Shown here piece by piece: positions 11,411-23,335 of a stretch of 64,000 bases of DNA (positions are counted from its first letter, which is position 1; each line of letters opens with the position of its first letter). The translations under genes and the position numbers were made by a program. This DNA is from Narcine bancroftii (Eukaryota): positions 194,618,001 through 194,682,000 of the forward strand of contig NC_091471.1 of NCBI RefSeq assembly GCF_036971445.1, read 5' to 3'. The notes under the pieces are model-generated. The model ran no database searches, was not told where the DNA came from, and worked only from the letters and a program-made list of their open reading frames with translations.

Positions 11411-12471
11411 CTTTATCAATTTGGATGATGGATGGATGTGAACTAGAGAGAATGACAATCCTTTGTATCCATTTTCTCGGTGGCTGAGGTCATAGGCAGG
11501 AGATGCCATCATATTCTGTTTGTGTATTAAATGCAGGTTTGTTTGAATTTGAAGGTTAAAGTATGACTGTATCTTAAAGAACTGCTAACTAAGATACTTC
11601 ATTCCAACCGCCATCATCTTCCCAATCACTGCATTAATGTGATTAGTAAGGATTTTTTTTTCCTGGCGTAACAGGGAGGGAGATATTTTCTGGTGCTGGT
11701 TGATTTAAAAAAAAATAATAATTTTCACTTTCCTTTTCTTCCCAGAAATTTCCTGTCAAAAATATTCTTTGCTCAATTCAATTAAATGATATGAATTTTT
11801 GGTCTTTGTGGGGGTTTGTCTTTGAAGATGGCCTTGTGCTGATGCATAATTGATTAAGGGATGTTCTGACTTCACTTGATATCTTGGCCCAGCTTGACAA
11901 ATCAAAGGGCAAATGCTGTGATCACCTGTCACAACAAGCAAGAAAGAGCATTGAGTGCTGAATCTGAGTCTTGCAATTTAGAATCTGCTCAAGCAAGAAC
12001 ATTTCAACAGCTTGTGCTCAACCTCCTACCCATGCTTAGTGCTAACACTGTCTCGTGCTCAGAATTCCACTTCATGTAAATTTTATGTAATGTAGTTGAA
12101 GTTCCAGGTATTCATACAGGTTATTGAGGGTAATAAATGCTTGACTTGAGGGCACCCTACATACGAATGAGATCCCATGTTATTAAATCTAAAGTCTGAC
12201 ACGACATGCACATGTTCATTCCTATGAACAAGAGAACTAGTATACCCTCTCCATTTTTAGTAAATGTTCTTATCAGTCTTATGTGCCTTTGATGCCTTTC
12301 ATTGTTGAATTGTGGTGATCGTTACCTTGTCCAGTTTTCATTATTTTTGATTTGAAGACCATATCAGCTTGTGTGTCAATCAAAAAGGAACCCATTTATT
12401 ACCTGGGGTGGTCTGCACTGCTATGGTTTGCAATTTAAAAACAGCCTCCTCTTGTATGTTGAAAACTTGTA

Positions 12472-12652
12472 TTCTTCTTTGGCTTGGCTTCGCGGACGAA
12501 GATTTATGGAGGGGTAATGTCCACGTCAGCTGCAGGCTCGTTTGTGGCTGACAAGTCCGATGCGGGACAGGCAGACACGGTTGCAGCGGCTGCAGGGGAA
12601 AAATGGTTGGTTGGGGTTGGGTGTTGGGTTTTTCCTCCTTTGCCTTTTGTCA
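12472..12652 (-). mobile_element. RTE 3' end (181 bp), left arm of an inverted pair
   Basis: Near-identical to the 3' end of the RTE at 2321-3085, with an aaagaagaa tail. Confidence 0.92.
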
Positions 12653-12743
12653 TAATCAACTGTGAACATCATGGACAATTAGCTTTTTTTTTAAAGTAGT
12701 AGGTCACACTAGTTTGAATTTCCTTAAGGTTGTAAGCTGTTTT

Positions 12744-12930
12744 TCACTGACAAAAGGCAAAGGAGGAAAAACCCAACACCCAACCCCAACCAACCATTTT
12801 TCCCCTGCAGCCGCTGCAACCGTGTCTGCCTGTCCCGCATCGGACTTGTCAGCCACAAACGAGCCTGCAGCTGACGTGGACTTTTACCCCCTCCATAAAT
12901 CTTCGTCCGCGAAGCCAAGCCAAAGAAAAA
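12744..12930 (+). mobile_element. RTE 3' end (187 bp), right arm of an inverted pair
   Basis: Reverse complement of the left arm, with an aaagaaaaa tail abutting a MITE TIR. Confidence 0.92.
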
Positions 12931-13513
12931 CAGTACAACTCCAATTATCCAAAATCAGATTCTCTGAAATCCTCATTTATACAAAAAAGAATTTTAAATT
13001 GAGGGTAAATTAGGTTATCTGAAACAAATCAGAAAGCTGCATTTATCCAAATTTTTTTCAGAGCTGAACTGACCTTCCGGGTTGAAAAAAATTAACTCGA
13101 CAGGTAATTCCCTCCCTTCTCTCTTTCCATTTTTTTCTTTACCTTCCCCTATTGACTTTTTTCCCCAACTCTCCCTCTCAAATTACATGCCACTGTCTCT
13201 CAGCCGCAAGTGGTCAGAAGAATCGAGATAGAGACCTCCTGGCAGCAGCGGGGACATTGGGCTCCTGGATAGGAGTGGAGCCTTGGTGGGGAGGTGTTGG
13301 TGATTGGTGGTGGCCAGCATTTTTTTTTGGTGAGAATTAAACATTATTTTAAATGTTGAAAAGTCTCCCTTGTTGTTTGTTGTTGTTTAAACGCTATTAC
13401 AAGAGATTTGCTGTTGTTAATGGGCTTTTTTTTAAAATGACCAGTTATCTAAAATAAAGTTTATCCAAACATAGGCCCAGTCCATATCATTTTGGATAAT
13501 TGGAGTTGTATTG
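12931..13513. mobile_element. pogo/Tigger-type MITE
   Basis: TIRs CAGTACAACTCCAATTATCCAAAA and TTTTGGATAATTGGAGTTGTATTG (one mismatch), with TA on the right side. Confidence 0.8.
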
Positions 13514-16500
13514 TATATAATTGTACTGATCTTAGAAATATTTTCACTGAAGTACAGAATAGTATCAAAGAAAATAATTTAAGCCATTAATCTTCCATGA
13601 GCTTTCCTGTGCAATTCAATTATTTCAACACCCTCTTGATATTCTGGTTATATTCTTTAAATATTACACAGTTCTCCTGAAAAATACTATTGATTCTATT
13701 CCTTGCAAGTTGATCATACACTCTTACCCAAACTACATGTAGCACAGGCTTTTCCTTGCACCTCTTTTGGTTACTTTCCAAGTTACCTTAAATTTGACTC
13801 CTGGTTATCAATACTTCAGATATTGAACACATTATCTTATCTTCAAGGATAATGTAGACAGTCAGCCAGTAATTCCCAGCTGGGTTACATTGTCAGTTGT
13901 GTAGATTTAGTACAGTTTATACTATGTCTTTCTTCATGAAATGCAGGATCCCATATCCTTTTACTGTTTACCTATCCTGCTACTCAGTGACATTTATGTA
14001 GATGACCCTCTATTCAGTACTCTTAAGTGTACTCCTGTAAAAAATATTGTCAAGTTGGGGCCGGGTAGCCTAGCTCTCCTCAACCTCCCTAAGAGTGCCT
14101 TCTTGACTAATGAGGTGTTGGGGTCCAGAAAAGGACATCCGACATATACCCACCAAGGGAACTTTGTGCTCTCCTCAATGGGGCCAGTGATGTGCAGTGG
14201 AGAGTGGTTGACCTTTATCTTCCAGAAAATCACAATCATCTCCTTGCCTTGTCCACATTGAGACTCGGGATGTTGATCTTGTACCATTTGACAAACTCCC
14301 GATCTATATTTTATCTGTCATATTCTAGCAAATGTTCTGTTTACCCTTGAAGTCTCTCTGTTCAGTCTTTCTCTTATTAATTTTTCTATCAAGCTTTGCT
14401 TCACTTACAAACTTCTAAATGCGACACAGTGCCTCTTCCCCCATGCTCCCCTGCCACATCATTGAACCATATGACAAACAGCAATCGTTCTGTTAACGAT
14501 TACTGAGGTACTCCAATACCTACTACTCTTCAGTCTGAAAATCAGGTTTTGGGCTTTCTTCCCCAGATTAGTTTTGTACCCTCCTGGTTACTGACTCTTT
14601 ATTCATAAGCTTCAATGTGTCTAACAAGCAATAGCTAATCGAGCATCTTCTGAAAGACCATAGCCCATTGCGTTACCAATAAGCACATTTCACACTGCAT
14701 GGTGGAGCAAAGTTAAAATTGTACCAGTCGCATGCTTGAAAGATGTCAATAATTCATATTATACCACAAAAATCAATTGCTTACCAGTGTGCAGGATTAG
14801 TGTCCACACTAAACCCAAATGTGATCTAGAAATATAATAATTGAAAATCTACCAGGATTATTTCTGCTGTGATGATTGGTTTAAAGTGAGAAATCACAGT
14901 ACTTTTAACTAAATTTCTGACATAACAACCTCTGATGTACCTCTTTCTCACACATTTTTAATAGTGGGTCCTCGTAGCCATCTCAGTGATAAGTCTCCTG
15001 ATGATCTGGCAGTGTATTGTCTGGTGACTGACAGGTCCTTGGTGTGTCGCAGTGGAAGAGATAATTCTTTATGGTAGAACTGTTGAGTCGCACAACACAG
15101 AAAAAGGCCTTTCAGCCCAACTTGTTCATGTAGACAAGGTTGAATATTGAAATTTGTCATACAGTATTTGCCTGCATTTGGCTAATATCCCTCCAAACAT
15201 TTCCTTTTCATATTCATGTTTAAATGTCTTTTAAACGTAATTGCATTGCACTCTCTGGAAAAAAAAAAGGTTGCCCCTCGGGTCCCTTTTAAATCATCCT
15301 GGCTAAAATTAGCTATCTCCAGAGTTGGTTTGTTCTCCACTTTTTTTTAGAAGCTTTGCATCAACAGTTTTAATTAACCCCTTAGCCACAGACTGTGAAT
15401 TGTGCTTGCTGTGTTCCTGGCCATGGAAATATGAAGTTTTCTCCAGCTGCAATCCTGCTGAACTTGTGACAGATTATCTATATTTTAATACATTTTCAAT
15501 AGATCATTGGTCCATAATTAAATTCACGACATGTGAGAAAAATACATCAAGGAAATGAATGAAGATAGCCATCCTGTTCATTTTAACCCCTTAAATCTGT
15601 GTATTTAGTGATGCAGTCCATCATCGTACATTTTTATAAGTAGAAAGTATTTTATGTGGTTACCGCACAGTACTGGAATTGGTCTGTACAAGACTGCAGG
15701 AAACTGCAGATAGTTGTGAACACAGCTTGGGCCATCACACAACCATCGACTTCCTGCTACTTTGGGAAAATAGCCAATTTATTAAAGGACCTTTCCCACC
15801 CTGGTCTTACTGTCTTCCTCCCTCCCTCATCAGGCAGAAGTGCAAGTGAAAATGCATATTGCTTGATTCAAGGACAGTTTCTTCCTGCTGTTATAAGTCG
15901 TATGTAAAGCATCTCTTGAATCAAAGCCTACCTCACCAAATGCCCTGCACTTTTTTTTTGTTAATTATTGTTTTCTGTAGCACTAGAATTGTACATATTT
16001 TGCACTCTGCTGTGCTTAAGTACAGTTGACTTGTCTGGGAGCTTTGTCAAGGAAGTCTGCTTAAATTGTTCTGTGCTATAATTGCCATTTCCCCACATAA
16101 CACTCATCTCTGATATAATTATTGCAAATGTGTTCTTTGATACCTGAAAGAATACAAATGACAGACAGTCATCGACAGCAATTATTCCTCATACTAATTA
16201 TCGAGCACAAGTTTAACTTCTGTCTTTTTCAATATTTTATTAGATTTTTATATAGGAATATATTCAGAAAATATAAAGTACTTACTGTAATTATCATTAC
16301 CATTAAAGGTCATGAAAATGATTGAAAAAGGAGCCCCAAAATTTGAAAATTTTAAATTTAAAATACTTGTTGAACATTTAACTTCTGCCATTTTTAGTGA
16401 AATATTTAGAACTATAAATATTCTATAGCTGTTTTGTGAATAGAATTGATACTGTTTATGAAGCTGGTGCTTTCCTACAGATTCAAGTTCATGGCAGAGA

Positions 16501-17620
16501 TTAACTGGTCAACACACTTTTTAAAAAAAAATCTTTGGCTTGATTGTTTTCAAATCTATGGAAAATTAGTTTTGCCTGTTGCCTGCCCATTTTTCACCTG
16601 ATGTTTAGAAGTGGAGAGGCTCCTGCACCTATGGGATACCCCTGCTTTTTGTTGTGTGAATTGGACAGTGTAGAGTTTGGTAAAGCAGTACACAGAAAAC
16701 ATTGGTCTGTGAAGGTGGGTGGAGAAGAACTATTCCATTGGTGGAAGAGTCAGGAAGCCAGACCAGAATGAAGATGTCTTGACAAAAGGACCAAGAGTGG
16801 CATGAACAAAACTTGATGAGTGTCTGCAATACATCGCCAAGGAGTAGTCGGGTCAGTTTTCATTGTTGTATTCAAAAGGGAAGTGAACGCCTATCAGAAA
16901 GAAGAATTTTCAGGGCCACAGGGCAAGCGTGGGAGAGTGGCTGGATTGCTCTTTCAAAGATCTGGTTTGAACATGACCGGCTAGACTGCCTTCTGTACAG
17001 TAATCACTCTGATTTGGTTAAAACACGAGTAGCAGCTGCTGTAACTTTCATTTAAGGGTGAAATACTAAAAACATGGTACATTCGGCTGGACAAGAGGAT
17101 ATGTTTGTGCCTATTAGGCTTCAGTGCATTCTATCGCCTAATTGTTTTCAAAGTAAGAGATAGAATGTGGGTTCTGTAGTAGGAACTCAAAATTATTGTT
17201 TCCAAGAGAGAGAGTATTTCTGTCCGTGCAGCTTTCTCATAGTACTGTGCAAGAGTTGTGCCTCTGAGACAAGTTGGACTGTTAAAAATTTCAAATTTAT
17301 TATCATGTGTAACCAGACAAAATAATGTTTATTCAGACCATAGTGCACACATACACAGAATACACCACACATAATAATCACATATATGCATCAAGATAAA
17401 ATTTAAAATAAGTATTTAGAACTATTTGGAATGATCTGCTCGGTCACAGAATACTATTCATCAATCTCACAGGCTGTGAGAAGAAGCCATTTCCCAGCCT
17501 GGCAGTCCTGATTCTGATGCTCCTGTACCACTTCCTTAATGGTAGTAGGTCAATGATACTGTGTGCTGGTTTGATAGATCGTCAAAATGGTTTGCTGCCT
17601 CGTAGCTAGATTCAGATTTA

Positions 17621-18089
17621 CAGATACTCCCCAACTTATAACCTGCGTGATTTATGACCATCCATACATATGACTGAAAAAAAAAGTTGTGTAATTTTTT
17701 TAAAACAAAAAAAAATGTAAATAAAAAAATTATGCTCAATCATACATACACCAATGCTAACGGTCACATGCATATGATAATGACCATCAGACGACGTCCC
17801 GGCATTTCTCTGTTCTCAGGATAAAAGAATGCTGTTGGGAGCGTGTGGGGCAGTGGAATCAGTGTGGGGACTGATAGTGGGCTGTCGGGAGAGTGTGGGG
17901 CAGTGGGATTAGTGTGGGGATTTGTAGCGGGCTGTCAGGAGAGCACAGGATCAGTGTGAGGACTGATAGCAGGCAGTCAGGAGAGCATGGGGTCAGTGTG
18001 GGGACTACATGGATTACTAACATATTTGCGTCCATTTTGAGATACCACTGGTTGGTCAGAATGGAACTGGGAACTGTCGGGAGTATCTG
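17621..18089. mobile_element. pogo/Tigger-type MITE with internal G-rich tandem repeats
   Basis: TA|CAGATACTCCC...GGGAGTATCTG. Degenerate 40-50 bp repeats (gatcagtgtggggactgatagc.ggc.gtc.ggagag) at about 17836-18006. Confidence 0.7.
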
Positions 18090-18090
18090 T

Positions 18091-19286
18091 TTTGTCAGAG
18101 TACATACATGGCATCACATAACGCTGATTCTGTGCAATATAGAGAAGAAAAACAAAATGCAAAAGTAAGAGTCCTTAAATGAGTCCCTGATTGAGTTTGT
18201 TGTTGAGGAGTCTGATGTTGGAGGGGAAGCAGCTGTTCCTGAACCTGGTGGTGGGAGTCTTCTGGCATCTATACCTCTTTCTTGATAGTAGCAGTGAGAA
18301 CAAGTGCTGGGTGGTGTCTATCCTTGATGATTGCTGCTGCTCCCTGACAGCAGTGTTCCCTTCAGATGTTCTCGATGGTGGGGAGGGTTTGCCTGTGATA
18401 TCCTAGGTTGTGACCACTATCTTTTGCAGGGCTTTAGCTCGTGGTTATTGGTGTCCATGAAATAGCCAGTCAGCACATTTTCTACCACACATCTGTAGAA
18501 ATTTGTCAGGGTTTCTGATGTCATACCAAACCTCTGCAAACTCCTGAGGCAGTAGAGGTGCTGACATGCTTTCTTCACTATGTCATTAGTGTGTTGAGTC
18601 CAGGAAAGATCCTCTGAGTTACTCCCAAGAACTTAAATTGCTCACCCTCCCCACCTCTGATTTCCCCCATTGATCACTGGATTTCCCTTCCTGAAGTCAA
18701 CAATCAGCTCCTTGGTTTTGGTGATGTTGAGTGTGAGGTTGTTGTTGGTGCACCATTCAGCCAAGTTTTCAGTCTTTCCCCCTGTATGCCGACACACAGT
18801 CAAGGATGTAAAGTGAGTTGAGCAGGGGACTAAGAACACAATCCTGTGGTGTTCTGGTTTTGAGGAAAATTGTGAAGTTGTTCCTACCAATCCACAATGT
18901 TGTCTAGAGGTGAGGAAATCAAGGATCCATTTATACATTAAGGTGTTGGGTCCCAGGTCTTGAAGTTTTCTAATCAGTTTTGAGGAGATGGTGTTAAATG
19001 CTGAATTGTAGTTGATAAAGAGCATCCTGATGTCTGCATTGTTGCTGTCCAGGTGTTCCATATTTTGTGTAGAGTCAGTGAGATAGCATCCACCATAGAC
19101 TTGTTGCCATGATAGGCGAATTGGAATAGATCCACGTCGCCTCGGACAGGAGCTGATATGCTTCAACACCAGCCTTTCAAAACACTTAATCGCTGTTGAT
19201 GTGAGTGCCACTGGTAGAAAGTCACTAAGGCAGGTTACCATACTCTACTTGGGCATGATTGACACCTGTTTTAAACAGGTGGGTAC
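18091..19286 (-). mobile_element. Rex1/Babar-like LINE, decayed RT and 3' UTR
   Basis: PVALTSTAIKCFERLVLKHI, IRMLFINYNSAFNTI, WCTNNNLTLNITKTKELIVDFRK. Confidence 0.85.
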
Positions 19287-20015
19287 CTATTGACTGCAAG
19301 GCTGCTTTTTTACCCCCCAAAGTTTATAGTTGTATAGAGGTATGAATAAAATCTGTACACTGCAAAAGAAGAGGGGCAAAGGATTGCAGGAATCTCGAAC
19401 AGCAGCTCAGATTATCAATCTCATGCCTGCGGGAAGAAGCAGCTAAATAATACCCAGACATTGCAACATATTGATTTAAAACCAAATTTTGAACTTGTGT
19501 TATTTTTGTGAGGGGGGGGGGAATTCTACTCTGGTGTCATCTGTTTTCAGTTTGTAAGAAGAAAGATTAGAGTGACTGAACTTTGTAACCAAGAAAGATA
19601 ATTAGCACATACAAATTTAACCTTAAATGAAAAATGGATTGACAGCAGTACTCCTTTAAAGTAGTTCTTGAGATTTTTGTATCAATGGCCAAGCACTCAT
19701 GCGCAGTATTGGGGGTGTTGGCAAATGAGGTTTATAGGAGAAATCCTTGGAATTATTCTTCACTCATAATGTGAAGGTGTTTTGTTTGTCAACTGTCTGT
19801 AATTGCTTGGGAAAGTTAGCCAAATTCACCAAGAAATTGTGTACCAGTCCATGTTTACAAAATGCAATCTTGTATGATTCACTGAATGATGTTATCAAGT
19901 TTACCTGTGTGCCATTGTGTTGGTTTTACCACGGCGTTTTCAATTGATCCCGTCCCAGTTATGGCAGGTGGCAACATGTGGATGTGGTCTGAAGCCAGCT
20001 GTTAACGGTATATAC

Positions 20016-20520
20016 TGTGGCATACTTCGAGGTTATAACTCGGGAAATAAGACACACACACAAGGGGTGCGGTTGACACTGATTTAATGAACTGGCTGCT
20101 CTCTTTAATGGCCAGGGGCTCCTACGATTACCGTCATGAAAGGAACATTATTTGAGTTGACTGGGAATGGATGCATTAGGGAGAGCCAGTTGGAGAATTC
20201 TCTCTGGGAGGGAGAAGGATCTTGTCAAATTGGTGAATTTTTTTTTGTGCATGAAGCCACTAAACTTCCCCCACCCTTACCCAGAGCAACAGCAAAGAAC
20301 TTTTGGCAAGAGGATGAAGTGCAGTAGCCTGGGATGATCCTGAGGGTACAAAGCCAAGAGTGTCTGTGACCCAGGCTTCTTGAGTAAAAGCAAACCAGGC
20401 ACATGAAGTTCATATTTCATCAAGGACAAAGATTGCTGTTTGGGTATTGACACAGTGAACAATTTTGGGGAAATTCATTAAAAGAAACTTGATGATTCTG
20501 TGCGTGAATAAAGTCCTGTT
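20016..20520. mobile_element. LTR-like fragments
   Basis: 20016-20136 resembles the minus-strand Gypsy LTRs in this window (tgtggc...acacacaca...gacactgatttaatg..ctggc.gctc). The rest is LTR-like with aataaa. No TSD found. Confidence 0.35.
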
Positions 20521-21149
20521 GGTTTTTAGACTCTAATGAAGCAGAAAGTCTTGTGATAAATTAATTTCGCTGCACTTTTGGTCCAAGTAAAAATTGACCC
20601 AAGTAAAACTGAAAATACTGTTAAAGAAACAGGAGTTGAATTTCTGAATGGATACTAACACACCCATAAATGTGTGCTAAATTCCATCTTCGGTTGTGCA
20701 AGGGAGTTCTTGGCCACATTTTTATCAGTATTATCATGTCTTTGTCTCTGCATGGTGAGTAGATTTGAGCTTTCTCCTCTCATCCCAAATCCTGTCACAG
20801 ATTTTAAATCTTGTTCTGGCAGAATGTCTTTTTGCCAATTATTTGTTTAAAATATTGCATTCAGGGAAAGGTGAACTGCACCTGATCAAATACTCCCCTG
20901 AAATTTAAGATTTAGGAGGACATAGCTGAAATATTTTGCAGTTGTTCTATTGATGAGGTGTACAGATTTTCCAAAAAAAACTGTTTGCTTCCTTCTCAAA
21001 AGAAAAATGTCAAACTTGGCATTAAGCAGAGTTTGAGAATAAATTTATCTGCAGTCATTTGTTGCTCAATTTGTACATGATTTCAAATCTCTGCAAATTG
21101 AGTCAAAGTGGGAGATTGCACCAAATTACACTGTTGTGCTTGTAAAATA

Positions 21150-21463
21150 GTTCAAAGTTATTGTCAGAGTGCACACATGACATCACATGCAACTGAGATT
21201 CTTTATCCTGCAGACGAGATAGAATTTCTACATCTGAATAGCGCAGCAAAAAAACTTGGGTAAAGATACCTGTTCAAAGGAGAGAAATATAAATAAATAG
21301 TGCGATGGAGAGAATGAATATTCAATAATAAATTATGTGCAAAGTAAAAGTCCTTAAATGAGTCTCTGAGTTTGTTGTTTAGGAGTCTGGTAAAAGGAGA
21401 GCAAGTGTTCCTGAACCTAGTGGTACAATTCTTGTGGCACCCATACCTCTATCCTGATGGCAG
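21150..21463 (-). mobile_element. Rex1-like LINE 3' end
   Basis: Shares ttgtcagagt.cacacatgacatcaca and gtccttaaatgagtc.ctga with the copy at 18091. Confidence 0.6.
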
Positions 21464-21499
21464 GAATTATGCATTATTTATGATTCATTTTCTTAAACA

Positions 21500-22188
21500 C
21501 GTGGATTTATGGCAATGAGAAAGCATACAGGAGGGAAATAGATCAGCGCATCGAGAGGTTTCACACCAACAACCTTCCACTCCATGTTAGCAAAGCCAAG
21601 GAGATGATTTGTGGACTTCAGGAGGAAGTTGAGAGAACACAATCCATTCCTCATTGAGGGCTCAATAGGGGAGAGGGCCAAGAACCTCATTCCTGGCTGT
21701 CATTATCTCTGAAGATCTGTCCTGGAGCCTCCATGTCAATGCAATCACAAAGAAGGCTCACCAGCAGCTATACTTTGTGAGGAGATTTCATATGTCACCA
21801 AAGATACTGGAAAGCTTCTACAGGTGTGCCGTGGAGAGTATTCTGGCTGATTGTGCCAATGCTCAGGTCAAGAATAAACTCCAGAGAGTTGTTAACTCTG
21901 CCTATGACATCACAGGCACTAGACTTCACTCCATCAAGAACATCTAAAGAGGCAGTGTCTTAAGAAGGCAGCATCTATCCTCAAGGACTCCCACCATGTC
22001 CTCTTCACTTTGCTTCTTCCCCTCTGCCATCAGATTCCTGAATGATTAATGAACCAAAGACACTGCCTTTCTTTGACATTCGTGCACTTTTTATTTTGCA
22101 ACGTAGTTCAGATGAATATTTGCACTGATTTGCTGATGCAAAACAATGAATTTTGTGACTTTTTTGTGACAATAAATTCTGATTCTGC
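21500..22188 (+). mobile_element. Rex1-like LINE 3' portion
   Basis: Degenerate ...KEMICGLQE..., KKAHQQLYF and FYRCAVESIL segments, and an aataaattctgattctg tail. Confidence 0.7.
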
Positions 22189-22499
22189 ATTATTTCAATA
22201 GGAATCATGAAGCAATTTGATCCTTCAAATTTAAATTGAATGAGGTGGAACGAATGAGACCTTATTGTCAGATACACAAATGCAATGTACAGATGAAATG
22301 AATGTTTTGCAGCAGCTTCCTAGTTGTGTAAAGGAGTAATATCTGGGATCTCGAGCAATAAAGAACAAGCAAAGAGAAGCTGGAGGGACTGGATGTATGG
22401 AGAAAATTGATTAATTAATATTTTGGGATGGGACCCTTTATCAAGATAAGTACTACATGTTATTAAACTAGTTATAAATCTGGCATCATAGATTGGCTT

Positions 22500-23335
22500 G
22501 ATGGCTGTCATTTGGTCTGCGCAGTCTTTCTGTACCAAATCAGGTATGTTGTCTGAACCCACTGCCTAGTGTGGGTTCACCTTGGATAGGGTTCTTTCAC
22601 CTTGGCTGCAGCTATGCAGAGCCCATTCATCAAGGAGACACCGCTTTCTTCGGCATCATCCTGTTCTCATCGAACAGTGCACAGAAGATGTTTAGTTTGT
22701 CCAGAATGAAGGCATTCATGTCTTTAAATTGCAAGGTTAACTTGCGATCTCTTGATCTCTTCCCACATGTGCCTCATGTAGCTGGTGTCGCGCAGCTGTA
22801 TGTGGATCCTCTGCGCACCCATGCTTGGCATTCTGGATGCACGGGAAGAGTTGAGCCCTGGCTGATCTTAGTGCTATCTTAGCTCCTGTCCTGAAGGTGA
22901 CATCACAAGCTCTGAGAAGTGCCTGGACCTCTGCATTCATCCATGGATTCTGATTAGCCCTGGTTGTGGAGCATTTGATCTCAGTGACATCCTCAATCCA
23001 CTTGCTGATGTAGCCAGTCACTGAGCTCGTGTATTCCTCTGTTTACATGACTGTTGTAGATGGCAACTTCCCTGAAACAGCTCCAATCCGTGGTCTCAGC
23101 AGTCTTCTAGCTGTGGCCCCACGAACCAGACCACAGTAGTCTGTATGCTGGGGTTAGCAGGACTGATTTGTGATCCAAGAATGAGGGCGAGGGGCAGCCT
23201 TGTATGCACTAGGGACGTTGGTTTTCACCTGATCCGCGGTGTGCTTTTTTTTTGGTGGCGAAGTTGTCGTGCTGTTGATACCTCGATAGGATAGTTTTCA
23301 GGCTGGTGTGATTGAAGTTGACAGGACCTGTCAGC
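22500..23335 (-). mobile_element. Rex1-like LINE internal fragment
   Basis: TGYISKWIEDVT...RANQNPWMNAEVQALLRACDVTFR and G.DNIPDLVQKDCADQM segments. Confidence 0.7.

Noticed and set aside
21150-22188. Tail-out Rex1-like pair as a further example of doublet insertion
   Set aside because: The copies are old and dissimilar with no diagnostic junction. Chance adjacency is likely at this TE density.
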